A stretch of DNA of 64,000 nucleotides, taken from NCBI GenBank assembly GCA_046314355.1, contig JBKBWQ010000001.1, positions 1,408,001-1,472,000 on the forward strand, in the 5' to 3' direction. This DNA comes from Candidatus Altimarinota bacterium. GTDB lineage: Bacteria > Patescibacteriota > Gracilibacteria > 1-14-2-50-48-13. The position numbers and the translations under genes are program-made. Within the stretch, counting starts at the first letter, position 1. Each line of letters starts with the position of its first letter. The notes under the pieces were generated by a model, which was not told the origin of the DNA, did not search any database, and was given only the letters and a program-made list of their open reading frames with translations. Shown one piece after another: positions 48,557 to 57,611 of the stretch.

Positions 48557-49282
48557 ATGACTTACTTCCGAACAATAATTACTCCGCTGTTACTACTTAC
48601 TCTCATGGTATCATGTGGTGTAAACGGCGATAATCTGCAGTCATCAGTGAGCGGGAATAAAGTAGCGCAAACACCTGCCAAGGTCCAAACCTATGATACC
48701 CTTACTGTATTTTTCTCAAAAAAATCAGCTGTTGCTAATGCAAATGACTGTAGTGCCGTAGTAAGTGTCTCGGAAAGAGTATTAGATAAGGCGACACCAC
48801 AGCGCGCATTATTAAAGCTTCTGCAGGGACCTACTGCAGCACAGCAGGATGCTACATCTTTTTTCTCAGTTAAAACAGCAGGACTCTTAAAGTCAGTGAA
48901 AATAGATAAAGATACAGTCTACGTAGACTTTAGAGATATGAGAAATATTATTCCAAATGCAAGTACAAGCTGCGGAAGCCAGTCACTTCTTGCTCAGCTT
49001 GATACGACTTTGAAGAATTTTCCAAATGTGAAGAAAACCATTTATGCGATTGAGGGTAGTCCAACAACGTTTTATGAGTGGCTTCAGATAGGATGTACAG
49101 CTGAAAATAACAATTGTGATGCTAGTGCTTTTAAGCCTGCTGCAAATCAGAACAGCAATAAAAAAGGAGGCATCTGTATCGACAAATGCGGAGATAACAA
49201 GTGCCAGGAAGTAGTATGTACTGGATCTGGATGTCCTTGTCCCGAGAGTGCAAAGAGCTGTGCTATGGATTGTAAAGGATAG
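48557..49282 (+). CDS. GerMN-domain lipoprotein with Cys-rich tail
   Basis: Lipobox MVSC; LLQGPT, VYVDF, QLDTTL..F; C-terminal CIDKCGDNKCQ..CPCPE..C..DC. Confidence 0.75.
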   Translation: MTYFRTIITPLLLLTLMVSCGVNGDNLQSSVSGNKVAQTPAKVQTYDTLTVFFSKKSAVANANDCSAVVSVSERVLDKATPQRALLKLLQGPTAAQQDATSFFSVKTAGLLKSVKIDKDTVYVDFRDMRNIIPNASTSCGSQSLLAQLDTTLKNFPNVKKTIYAIEGSPTTFYEWLQIGCTAENNNCDASAFKPAANQNSNKKGGICIDKCGDNKCQEVVCTGSGCPCPESAKSCAMDCKG

Positions 49283-49295
49283 CAGAGGAATAAAA

Positions 49296-49330
49296 AAGAA
49301 GCGTCAGACAAATTGTCTGACGCTTTTCTT
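49296..49330. terminator. Intrinsic terminator
   Basis: AAGCGTCAGACAA-A-TTGTCTGACGCTT between convergent genes. Confidence 0.7.
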
Positions 49331-49341
49331 GAAAGAGAGAG

Positions 49342-49953
49342 TTAGAATTTCCTCTCCAGCACGATCCGCGCATCTTGATAAATCGTATTATGATCAATCG
49401 ACAATGCATCAGAGGCTTTTATCTCTCCAATGGCATAGAGAGGAAACATTATTTCCGGACCAAGTTCAAAGGAAGTAAGATTCCTTATTACTAAGTGTAT
49501 TCCTAAGAAAAGTTCTTCAGCACTTGGATGGTTAAATAAAAATTCAAACCTCGTGGCATTTTTTACGAGCAGTGGAAAATATTCCATCTCTACTTCTGTA
49601 AAAAAATTCTGATCTCGGGATGAGAATTTGCTTTTTCCTTCCAGGAGAAGTAAAGGGGATACAGAGGAAACAGGAAAACCTATTTCTCCAGCTCCGATTC
49701 CTAAACTTAGGTAGAGATGTTCAGTTGGATGCCAACCGAAACCAATACTTCCATAGGTGAGGTTCTCTTTAGGTGAGCCGGTCATTTCATATGATAACTC
49801 CATATCCAGTTCGAATGGAGTGTTTTCTAACTCTTTTTCAAGGACTATCCGGGATGTGAGTCCCGAAGATTCTGTTTTGTTCTCTTCTGCATATGCTGGG
49901 CTTGATGCCCACACAGCAAATAGTGAAGCAAGCACAATAATAATTCTATACAT
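49342..49953 (-). CDS. Secreted beta-strand-rich hypothetical protein
   Basis: Signal peptide ending AYA; alternating hydrophobic strands; C-terminal Phe. Confidence 0.5.
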   Translation of the reverse strand: MYRIIIVLASLFAVWASSPAYAEENKTESSGLTSRIVLEKELENTPFELDMELSYEMTGSPKENLTYGSIGFGWHPTEHLYLSLGIGAGEIGFPVSSVSPLLLLEGKSKFSSRDQNFFTEVEMEYFPLLVKNATRFEFLFNHPSAEELFLGIHLVIRNLTSFELGPEIMFPLYAIGEIKASDALSIDHNTIYQDARIVLERKF

Positions 49954-50000
49954 GTTTTTATTTTTCCTTTCTAACGTATTTTTATGTGCACTCGCATTCT

Positions 50001-50038
50001 AAAAAACCCGCTGGAAAAAGCAATTCCTAGCGGGTTTT
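50001..50038 (-). terminator. Intrinsic terminator of hflX
   Basis: AAAACCCGCT...AGCGGGTTTT. Confidence 0.65.
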
Positions 50039-50058
50039 CAGGTTTACATAACTCTATA

Positions 50059-51156
50059 TTAGAGTCTCTCCTCTATCTTTTTCTTCAATTCTTCTATTCC
50101 ATCCTTTGAATAAGTGGAGATGAAAATAGGATTGAGATCAGCAAATTCGTCCTCAAGCTCCTGTCTTCGCTCTGCTGAAATGAGATCAATCTTGTTGAAT
50201 ACATAGAGCATCGGCTTATCAAAGATTTCGATTTGACCAAGGACATCATGTACTACTGCCATTTTCTCTACAATCTTTGGATCGCTGCAGTCAAGGACGT
50301 GCAGGAGAAAATCAGCATGTATTGTCTCTTCAAGTGTAGATCTGAAGGAATTGATAAGCGTAGTGGGGAGGTCCTGTATAAACCCAATCGTATCTGAGAC
50401 AAGAATCTCTTTGCCGGATCCCTGGAAATAGATCTTACCGACACGGGTATCAAGTGTTGCAAAGAGTTTGTCAGCCACATAGGCACCCTTCTTTGTAAGC
50501 GTATTGATGAGACTGCTCTTTCCAGCATTCGTGTAGCCGATTATGCCAACTGTCTGGAGACCTTTGCGTTTCCGTGCATTCATCTGAAGCTCCCGATGCC
50601 GTTTGCATTCTTCCAGATCCTGCATGACTTTCCGTTCCTGCTCCTTTAGATGACGTTTCATCACCTCCGTATTTGTCTCTCCCTGACCTCGGGAAGTACC
50701 TACACCACCCTGCTGTGAGAGTTCCATACCCATTCGAAAGATTCGTGGTCCCATGTGCTTCAGAGAGGCGAGACGTATTTCTAGCTGAGCTTCTTTGGTA
50801 GAGGCATGCTTCTGAAATATTTTTAGAATGAGATCTATTCTGTCCCATACCTGCATCTCAGATTCACCCTTGCGGAGCACTTCGCTTACATTCCAGATCT
50901 GCTGAGGCTTCATCTCGTTGTTGATGATGAGGATATTTGCACCAAGTGCCTTTCCTTCATACATGAGCTCGTCGAGTTTACCAGTCCCGATATAGGTCTG
51001 ATAATTTGGTATCAGCTTCCTCTGGATGGATTTGAGGATCACAAGTCCTCCATATGTCGAGACAAGGCTTTCAGCCTCGCTCAATCTAAATGCTGCGTCC
51101 TCCTTGGACATATCCGGAGGAATACAGTCTATAAGTATTGCTTTTAATTCTTGCAT
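50059..51156 (-). CDS. hflX: GTPase HflX
   Basis: GYTNAGKSS, DKLFATLD, DTIGFI, NKID. Confidence 0.95.
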   Translation of the reverse strand: MQELKAILIDCIPPDMSKEDAAFRLSEAESLVSTYGGLVILKSIQRKLIPNYQTYIGTGKLDELMYEGKALGANILIINNEMKPQQIWNVSEVLRKGESEMQVWDRIDLILKIFQKHASTKEAQLEIRLASLKHMGPRIFRMGMELSQQGGVGTSRGQGETNTEVMKRHLKEQERKVMQDLEECKRHRELQMNARKRKGLQTVGIIGYTNAGKSSLINTLTKKGAYVADKLFATLDTRVGKIYFQGSGKEILVSDTIGFIQDLPTTLINSFRSTLEETIHADFLLHVLDCSDPKIVEKMAVVHDVLGQIEIFDKPMLYVFNKIDLISAERRQELEDEFADLNPIFISTYSKDGIEELKKKIEERL

Positions 51157-51356
51157 ATAGTCGTTTTAATAATCAAAATATTTTGTACGTCTCTTAATTC
51201 TTCATGATCGTGGAAAAAATCTAAACAGTAAGAATTGTAGAGGAGAAATTGAGATTTGTATAGAAAAAAGGAGTGGGTCTACAATAGAGAGATGTCTTCT
51301 AGTTGTATAAGAGATGAGAGTGTTGTAAAATGATAGTAAATTACTTATTAGACATT

Positions 51357-52055
51357 ATGAATAATCAAATAGATAAGCTTCACGTATATAGAACTGACTT
51401 AAATGCCAAAGAGCCTATAGAAAAAAATAAGCCTTACACAAAAGCACCGCTTGAGATTGCAGTCCTAGGTCATTTTAAAAAAGCACTTCAGCCGGAGAGG
51501 CTTTTTGTATCAAAGGAAAATCCTCTTGATTATGGTGTAATGCCTTATGCTCCAAATGTAGACGTACATCCTCTAGAGACAGCTGAAGCAGCGGCGAGAT
51601 ACCATAGAGAAGGATTTCCTGTGTTTGTAGAGAATACTTACAAGGAAGATTTTGAAAAAGCTTTAGATGACATGACACCTCAACATCAGAATATTGAAGA
51701 TAAAATCTCAGAATTGGGTCATACAGACGATCTAGGAATAGATCTTGCACGCCGGGCAGTACAAAAAGATCCTTCTTTATCTCAGGTTCTGCATTCTTCA
51801 AAGGACGCAATAAAAGTGAAGGACGTGATATATTTTGATATGGATCAGGAAGCTCAAAGTATTGATGATGTCCTAGAAGCAGCCTCTGAGCGGGTACTCA
51901 ATCTCTTAAAAAAGGAAAATAGTCTTACTCTTGAAAATATGCTTATCCCAAAGCCTAAATTTGTATCTATGAAGGAGAAGCGTGAAATGCATGATGAAAA
52001 AAAACTTTCTCACAAGTTTGTAAAATGGGTAAAAAAAACCTTTAAAAAAGCTTAG
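51357..52055 (+). CDS. Hypothetical protein
   Basis: Long ORF, start uncertain. Confidence 0.5.
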   Translation: MNNQIDKLHVYRTDLNAKEPIEKNKPYTKAPLEIAVLGHFKKALQPERLFVSKENPLDYGVMPYAPNVDVHPLETAEAAARYHREGFPVFVENTYKEDFEKALDDMTPQHQNIEDKISELGHTDDLGIDLARRAVQKDPSLSQVLHSSKDAIKVKDVIYFDMDQEAQSIDDVLEAASERVLNLLKKENSLTLENMLIPKPKFVSMKEKREMHDEKKLSHKFVKWVKKTFKKA

Positions 52056-52065
52056 TACGAAGTCT

Positions 52066-52458
52066 CTATGACTTATAATGACGCGGCAGGATAAGTTGCC
52101 TATCCATCGGATTATCCTGCTTTGCCAGTTCCACAAAAAGCCTATCTGTATAGGAGGTTCTTATATAGTTGAGCTCTTCCAGATTAAAGGATGCCGGTAG
52201 TCTTTTTTGGATGTGAAGTTTTTCTATACGCCTCTTAGCGTCTGCTTCTATCGCATGATAGAGTGTCGGATCTAGAAGTACTGCGTAATGAATATGCTTA
52301 GGATCAATGATTTGCGTAATAGAATTGTGTGTAGCTCTAATTAATAACCCAAAAAAGTAATGTACTTCATTTTCAGGAATGCTTGCAATTAGATCAGGTA
52401 TCTCTGAAATATCGGGAATTTTATACGCGAAGAGTTGAGGAGCGAAGGAAGATTTCAT
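52066..52458 (-). CDS. Hypothetical protein
   Basis: 130-aa ORF. Confidence 0.4.
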   Translation of the reverse strand: MKSSFAPQLFAYKIPDISEIPDLIASIPENEVHYFFGLLIRATHNSITQIIDPKHIHYAVLLDPTLYHAIEADAKRRIEKLHIQKRLPASFNLEELNYIRTSYTDRLFVELAKQDNPMDRQLILPRHYKS

Positions 52459-52564
52459 TTTGAAGCGATTATGACGCTTCTACAGTAGATTTATGTAGCT
52501 GCTCCCGCAAGTAAATTCATCAAATATTATAGACAAATAAATGAAATAAGGTGACTTAAGGTTT

Positions 52565-53353
52565 TTATCCTCCTTCGTATCTTCTAAGACCGAAATGCCA
52601 AATCAAGGAACTGATACTTAAAAAACATACATAAAATAGTACGTAAAAGAACACATATTGCAGAGTAAGTTCATCTTTAAAAACTCTATAAAGCGGATCT
52701 GAGACCATAAAATATGGAATGCAAAAAGTGAATAATATACCGATCCATGAGGGAAAAAGATCCTTTGGATATTGAACGAGGTCGGAAAAATTACCGGCAG
52801 TTTTGTAGAATCCCCAGAAACCCTTTAAGTAGAAAAGCACAGATATACAGATCACATAAGTGGCATGTAAAAGTATCCAGCTGCTGATAATAAGTACAAA
52901 AGAGAAAGGGAAGAACCATAATGATACTTTTGGTATTCCTATAAAAAAGAAGAGACAAACAAGTACAGCCTGTATAAAGAACATCGGCATAAAACTATTT
53001 ACAAATAGTTTAGGAAGCTGAAGAATGATAGCTGTATGAAAAGGCTTGATGAGCTGGAGATCAATATTTCCTTGCTCAATGTCCTTTCCTAATCGCTGCA
53101 GATTCCCCCAGCTATAAAGGAAGAAGAGAGCAATAGAACACTGTGAAATAAAGAAGACTGTATAAAACTGCTGGAAGGTGTATCCGCTTAAAACGTTCTT
53201 TCCAGAGGTGAAGAGAAAATAGAAAAATGCCAGCTGCATAAAGGTATACACGACACTTCCGATGCCGGATGCGAAGATATCCTGAGGATACTGCATCCAT
53301 GTCAGGAAGGACATTTTTGTGATACGCCTGAAATAGAGAAATAGCTTTTTCAT
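52565..53353 (-). CDS. ABC-2 family permease (DUF990-like)
   Basis: GNIDLQLIKP, YPKDLFP, WHFGLRRYEGG. Confidence 0.8.
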   Translation of the reverse strand: MKKLFLYFRRITKMSFLTWMQYPQDIFASGIGSVVYTFMQLAFFYFLFTSGKNVLSGYTFQQFYTVFFISQCSIALFFLYSWGNLQRLGKDIEQGNIDLQLIKPFHTAIILQLPKLFVNSFMPMFFIQAVLVCLFFFIGIPKVSLWFFPFSFVLIISSWILLHATYVICISVLFYLKGFWGFYKTAGNFSDLVQYPKDLFPSWIGILFTFCIPYFMVSDPLYRVFKDELTLQYVFFYVLFYVCFLSISSLIWHFGLRRYEGG

Positions 53354-53447
53354 AAACACAAAAGAATATAGATCATATAGTATAGATATTTTTACGGATG
53401 GGAATACAAGACTACGAAAAATTGACTAATGTAAATCTCAGAGTATT

Positions 53448-54074
53448 ATGCACAAAATTTATAACAGTGATGATATGCAGGAATCGGGTGAATACTATAA
53501 TAAGAAAGATGAAACTGAAATACAGGCGATACCAGCTAAAAAGGAGATTGATCTGTTAAAGAAGAAAATTGCAAAAAAAACTCAGGAGCTCATACATATG
53601 CAGAAACAGCTCGCTGAACTTGAAGAGAAGCTATACTATAGTGAGAGTGAATTTTTGGAAAGAATAGATGAAAGAATGGGGATTTTATCAGGAAGCGTAT
53701 TTGAATGGACTAATAAAGATTATTTTGCTCAAAAAGGATTCAGCTTTACTCAGCTTTGTGTTTTCTTTGATATAAAATGGGAGAATACCTTTGTGGATAT
53801 ACTGAACAAGATTCATAGTAAAGTAAAAGAAAGATCTCTCACTATGGAGCAGACTGTACTGCTGTTCATGGATCTCTGGGTACATATAAAGAATACACCT
53901 CTGACCGAAGTACCTGAAAAACTTGCAAAAAATATTGCTGTATTTACTGCTGATTTTTTCAGAGCAGATCGCAAGAAACTCTCAGAGGAACTGAGTATTC
54001 CTGAGTTAGTGTTGGAAAGAGTGAAGAAAACTGTGAAGAGAAATTTTAAGGATGGGTTTGAAAAAAAGATCTAG
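53448..54074 (+). CDS. Hypothetical protein with N-terminal coiled coil
   Basis: 208-aa ORF antisense to and between permease genes. Confidence 0.5.
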   Translation: MHKIYNSDDMQESGEYYNKKDETEIQAIPAKKEIDLLKKKIAKKTQELIHMQKQLAELEEKLYYSESEFLERIDERMGILSGSVFEWTNKDYFAQKGFSFTQLCVFFDIKWENTFVDILNKIHSKVKERSLTMEQTVLLFMDLWVHIKNTPLTEVPEKLAKNIAVFTADFFRADRKKLSEELSIPELVLERVKKTVKRNFKDGFEKKI

Positions 54075-54098
54075 ATTAGAAAATTTTTAATGAAAAAT

Positions 54099-54887
54099 CT
54101 AATTGGCTGATTCATAAGCATTTTTTCCTTCAGTCCAAAAGTACCATGCAATCAATATCCACAAAAAAGTTATTACAAATGCCGTAATCACATGTGTAAA
54201 TGAGTATTCATTTTTTAGAATCAGATACACTGGATTTACCAGGAGAAAAATAGGAAGGATATAGGTAAATATAAATCTCATCATCGCTGGGTAAACTGCT
54301 GCAGGATAATATGTGGTTTGATCAATCGTATCATAAAGTACATTTCCCATATCAAGGTTTGCAAATCTAAATGAAAGACTCTCTGCTGCGATGAAAAGCG
54401 CATAATAAAGTATAAGTGAAGTGGCCAGTACATAAAGAATTTGAAAAACCTGTAGGATACTCAAGGTTAATTTACCAAAATAGAGAACACAGATAAGAAT
54501 AATGATTCTGACAAAAATCTGGAGAAATCTTTTGATATAAAATTTTTGTCCGATGACTGCGATAGAGAAAGGCAGCGGTTTTAAAAGAAACATATCAATA
54601 TGTCCGCTGTTAATCTGTCTCACTATAAGCCCTGCGCCGATAGCACTGAGAGAAGTAAACATCCATGTGAGGGCAGCAAGAGATGATACAAATACGAATT
54701 CAACAAAGGTAAATCCCGCGATCCTTTCCAGATTGCCGGCGGCGAAAAGAAAGTAGATTCCTAAAAGCTCTGATGCGAGAAAGACAGGCATCATGATAAC
54801 AAACCAGATGAAATCCATCCGGTAAGCTGCATTAAGCAGAAATGACATATGAAGTGTACGGCTGAGATAACGGAGTATCTTTTTCAT
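54099..54887 (-). CDS. ABC-2 family permease (DUF990-like)
   Basis: GHIDMFLLKP, YPAAVYP, YESAN. Confidence 0.8.
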   Translation of the reverse strand: MKKILRYLSRTLHMSFLLNAAYRMDFIWFVIMMPVFLASELLGIYFLFAAGNLERIAGFTFVEFVFVSSLAALTWMFTSLSAIGAGLIVRQINSGHIDMFLLKPLPFSIAVIGQKFYIKRFLQIFVRIIILICVLYFGKLTLSILQVFQILYVLATSLILYYALFIAAESLSFRFANLDMGNVLYDTIDQTTYYPAAVYPAMMRFIFTYILPIFLLVNPVYLILKNEYSFTHVITAFVITFLWILIAWYFWTEGKNAYESAN

Positions 54888-54888
54888 A

Positions 54889-55671
54889 TTAGTTTGCAGA
54901 GGAATAATGACGTAGTCCCTGATTCCAAATATATAAAGAAATCAGAAGTGTAGCTATCGTCATAAACAGCTGCAGAAGTACGTCATTGAATGTATATGTA
55001 TGTCTTAAAAGTGAAAAGACAGGAGTTGCTACAAAGAAAATCGGAAAAAATATCCACTGAAACACTTCAGGATAGATATCTTTTGGATATCTGCAAATCT
55101 GAGATGCCTGATCTTTAAACCAGTTTGGACCTTTGAGAAATCCCTCAAAGTAAAAGCAGCAGGAACTAAACATAAGGTTCAGAGAAGACATGATAATGCA
55201 GGAGCTTATAAATATTCCCAACAGTGCCATCCATTCGAGGATAGTGAAAGAATTGTAGTACCATGTAAGTCCTATAAGTAGTATCGCTGAATAGAACATA
55301 TCACGCGCTGAGGTGGGGTAGATTTCCTGGAGTAAGATATTCCATACTGATGAGCACGGACGGATCAGTTTGTTATCCAGCTGTCCTCGATGGATCTGCA
55401 GTACCAGTTCAGGTGAGTTGTAAAAAAATATTCCTAAAAAATAGAAACATGTCTGGAAAAGGAGAAATGCAATGAGTGTATCCGAAAAAGTTGCTCCTGT
55501 AATAGTAGAACCTTCAGGCAGCACTAGGTATGCAAAATATATGACCCCGATACCTGAGAGGGCATATGCAATTCTTGTGAGTGAATTTATAAATGCATTT
55601 ATGGGATAGGCATATAATTTCATATATGTCATTTTGTAGACTCTGTGAAGATAGCGGAGTGTTTTTTTCAT
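54889..55671 (-). CDS. ABC-2 family permease (DUF990-like)
   Basis: GQLDNKLIRP, YPKDIYP, GLRHYSSAN. Confidence 0.8.
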   Translation of the reverse strand: MKKTLRYLHRVYKMTYMKLYAYPINAFINSLTRIAYALSGIGVIYFAYLVLPEGSTITGATFSDTLIAFLLFQTCFYFLGIFFYNSPELVLQIHRGQLDNKLIRPCSSVWNILLQEIYPTSARDMFYSAILLIGLTWYYNSFTILEWMALLGIFISSCIIMSSLNLMFSSCCFYFEGFLKGPNWFKDQASQICRYPKDIYPEVFQWIFFPIFFVATPVFSLLRHTYTFNDVLLQLFMTIATLLISLYIWNQGLRHYSSAN

Positions 55672-55672
55672 G

Positions 55673-56464
55673 TTAATTTCCAACTAATTCAAGCCTCTTC
55701 AACCCCTTATTCCACACAAAAACTAAAACAACATATAGTACCATTAGCCACATACCCTGCACACAGAAGTGAAATACAAGATCCATCCCGTGTATTTTCC
55801 CAAGATAGATAGACGCTGGCAGATTAAAGAGTGATACAAAAGGAGTAAGATTAATGACATTTCTGATAATTGGAGGGAGAAACTGAACTGGGATGAGCTT
55901 TCCTGCGAGAAGCATTACGATAAAGTTGAAAGCCCAGATAATATTTCCAGTCTCCACAGTCCAGAACGCAACACTGCCAAAAAGTGTAAAAAGAAAAAGA
56001 GACATAAAGATGGCAATAATCGTCATCAATACTGCTAATCCAAAATGCATCAAACTTGCCGGTCCCACAAAGAAATTTACAAAGACGATCAGCAGGATAA
56101 CGGGAATGACGAAAATGAAGAAAGTATTCACTGACCTTGCTAATGTCCGCGCAAAATAAATGTAGAGACTCTTTACTGGCAGCAAGAGATAGTTTGCAAT
56201 CTTTCCGTCTCTTACTTCATCTCTGATCTCGTTAAAGGTCTTTGCTTCAAGAAGGTTTCTAAGAAGCTCTGTCAGAAGGAAATAAGTAAGAAGTTCATTA
56301 AATGTAAACCCCTGGATATTTCCGGACTGTGCATACACTGCTTTCCAGAGATAAACGATCACAAAGAACCCAAGTGCACGGGAGAAAATCTCAAACATAA
56401 AGTTGGCACGGTATGCGAGTACTGCTTGAGCTGCATTACTAAATATTCGTTTATATTTTTTCAT
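55673..56464 (-). CDS. ABC-2 family permease (DUF990-like)
   Basis: YRANF, GKIANYLLLP, AGKLIP..FLP, PASIYLG. Confidence 0.82.
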   Translation of the reverse strand: MKKYKRIFSNAAQAVLAYRANFMFEIFSRALGFFVIVYLWKAVYAQSGNIQGFTFNELLTYFLLTELLRNLLEAKTFNEIRDEVRDGKIANYLLLPVKSLYIYFARTLARSVNTFFIFVIPVILLIVFVNFFVGPASLMHFGLAVLMTIIAIFMSLFLFTLFGSVAFWTVETGNIIWAFNFIVMLLAGKLIPVQFLPPIIRNVINLTPFVSLFNLPASIYLGKIHGMDLVFHFCVQGMWLMVLYVVLVFVWNKGLKRLELVGN

Positions 56465-57443
56465 GCTTTTTCGCATTAGTAAATATGTCAGCTACGACTT
56501 CACTTGCCTCCATTTCTTTTACGGAAATATCTGCAAGTGTAAAACTACTTACTGCCTTTGCTAGAATCTCTGAAGCTTTTTCCCGAGGTACTGAAAGAAT
56601 TACTCCTGTGTCAGACCATGATTTTACATATCCCAATTCCTCCACTTCTTTCTTTGGTATATCACCGTCAAAGGTAAGCTCTATAAGCTTGTCCTGTACA
56701 TATTCTTTTACAAGATCATTATAAGATCCATCATAAATCTTTTCTCCTTCGTTGATGATAATTACTCGTGGACAGAGCTGCTTGATATCCTCCATATAAT
56801 GACTCGTGAGGATGATGGTTGCTTTCTTTTCCTTATTATATTTCTGCAGAAAATCTCTCATATTTCTCTGACTATTTACGTCGAGACCAATGGTAGGTTC
56901 ATCCAGAAATACTACTTTAGGATCATGAAGAAGAGCTGCGATCAGCTCACATTTCATACGCTGTCCAAGAGATAGTTTTCGTACAGGTACATCTAGGATA
57001 TCTCCTGCATCAAGTGTTTCAGAAAGGTATTTGAGATTCTTTTGAAATCTTTCCTCTTCTATCTCATAAATATCCTGATTAAGTCTAAAGGTCTCTATGG
57101 GAGGCAGATCCCACCAAAGCTGGGATTTTTGTCCCATCACCATAGCAATCTGCATCTTATATTCTTCCTTTCGCTTCCAAGGTATAAAGCCTAATACGGA
57201 TGCTTCTCCTGCAGTAGGATAAAGAATACCTGAGAGCATTTTCAGAGTAGTGGTTTTTCCAGCCCCATTTGGTCCTAGGAATCCTACGAATTCTCCTTCC
57301 TCAATATCAAAGGAAACATCTTTGACTGCGTGCTTATAGATTTTTTCTCTTTTAAACAGAGATTTGAGAGATGCTTTAAAACCTTCTGCCTTTTTCGTCA
57401 GTTCAAAGGTCTTGGAAAGACCGGACACATGGATAAGTGACAT
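56451..57443 (-). CDS. ABC transporter ATP-binding protein
   Basis: GPNGAGKTT, LSLGQRM, FLDEPTIGLD, TSH. Confidence 0.92.
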   Translation of the reverse strand: MSLIHVSGLSKTFELTKKAEGFKASLKSLFKREKIYKHAVKDVSFDIEEGEFVGFLGPNGAGKTTTLKMLSGILYPTAGEASVLGFIPWKRKEEYKMQIAMVMGQKSQLWWDLPPIETFRLNQDIYEIEEERFQKNLKYLSETLDAGDILDVPVRKLSLGQRMKCELIAALLHDPKVVFLDEPTIGLDVNSQRNMRDFLQKYNKEKKATIILTSHYMEDIKQLCPRVIIINEGEKIYDGSYNDLVKEYVQDKLIELTFDGDIPKKEVEELGYVKSWSDTGVILSVPREKASEILAKAVSSFTLADISVKEMEASEVVADIFTNAKKHEKI

Positions 57444-57611
57444 AGTTTTTTGGGGTAAATTAGAGAAAGTATAACAGGAAATGAAGCAGAGAAAAGAGAA
57501 AATGCAGTATAAACCATAATTATATTAATATGTCTATCGACTTCTAGAACTCGATTCTTGACTTTATCTTATTCTCTTATAGTTTTGGTCAGCATTATTT
57601 TATGAATATAT

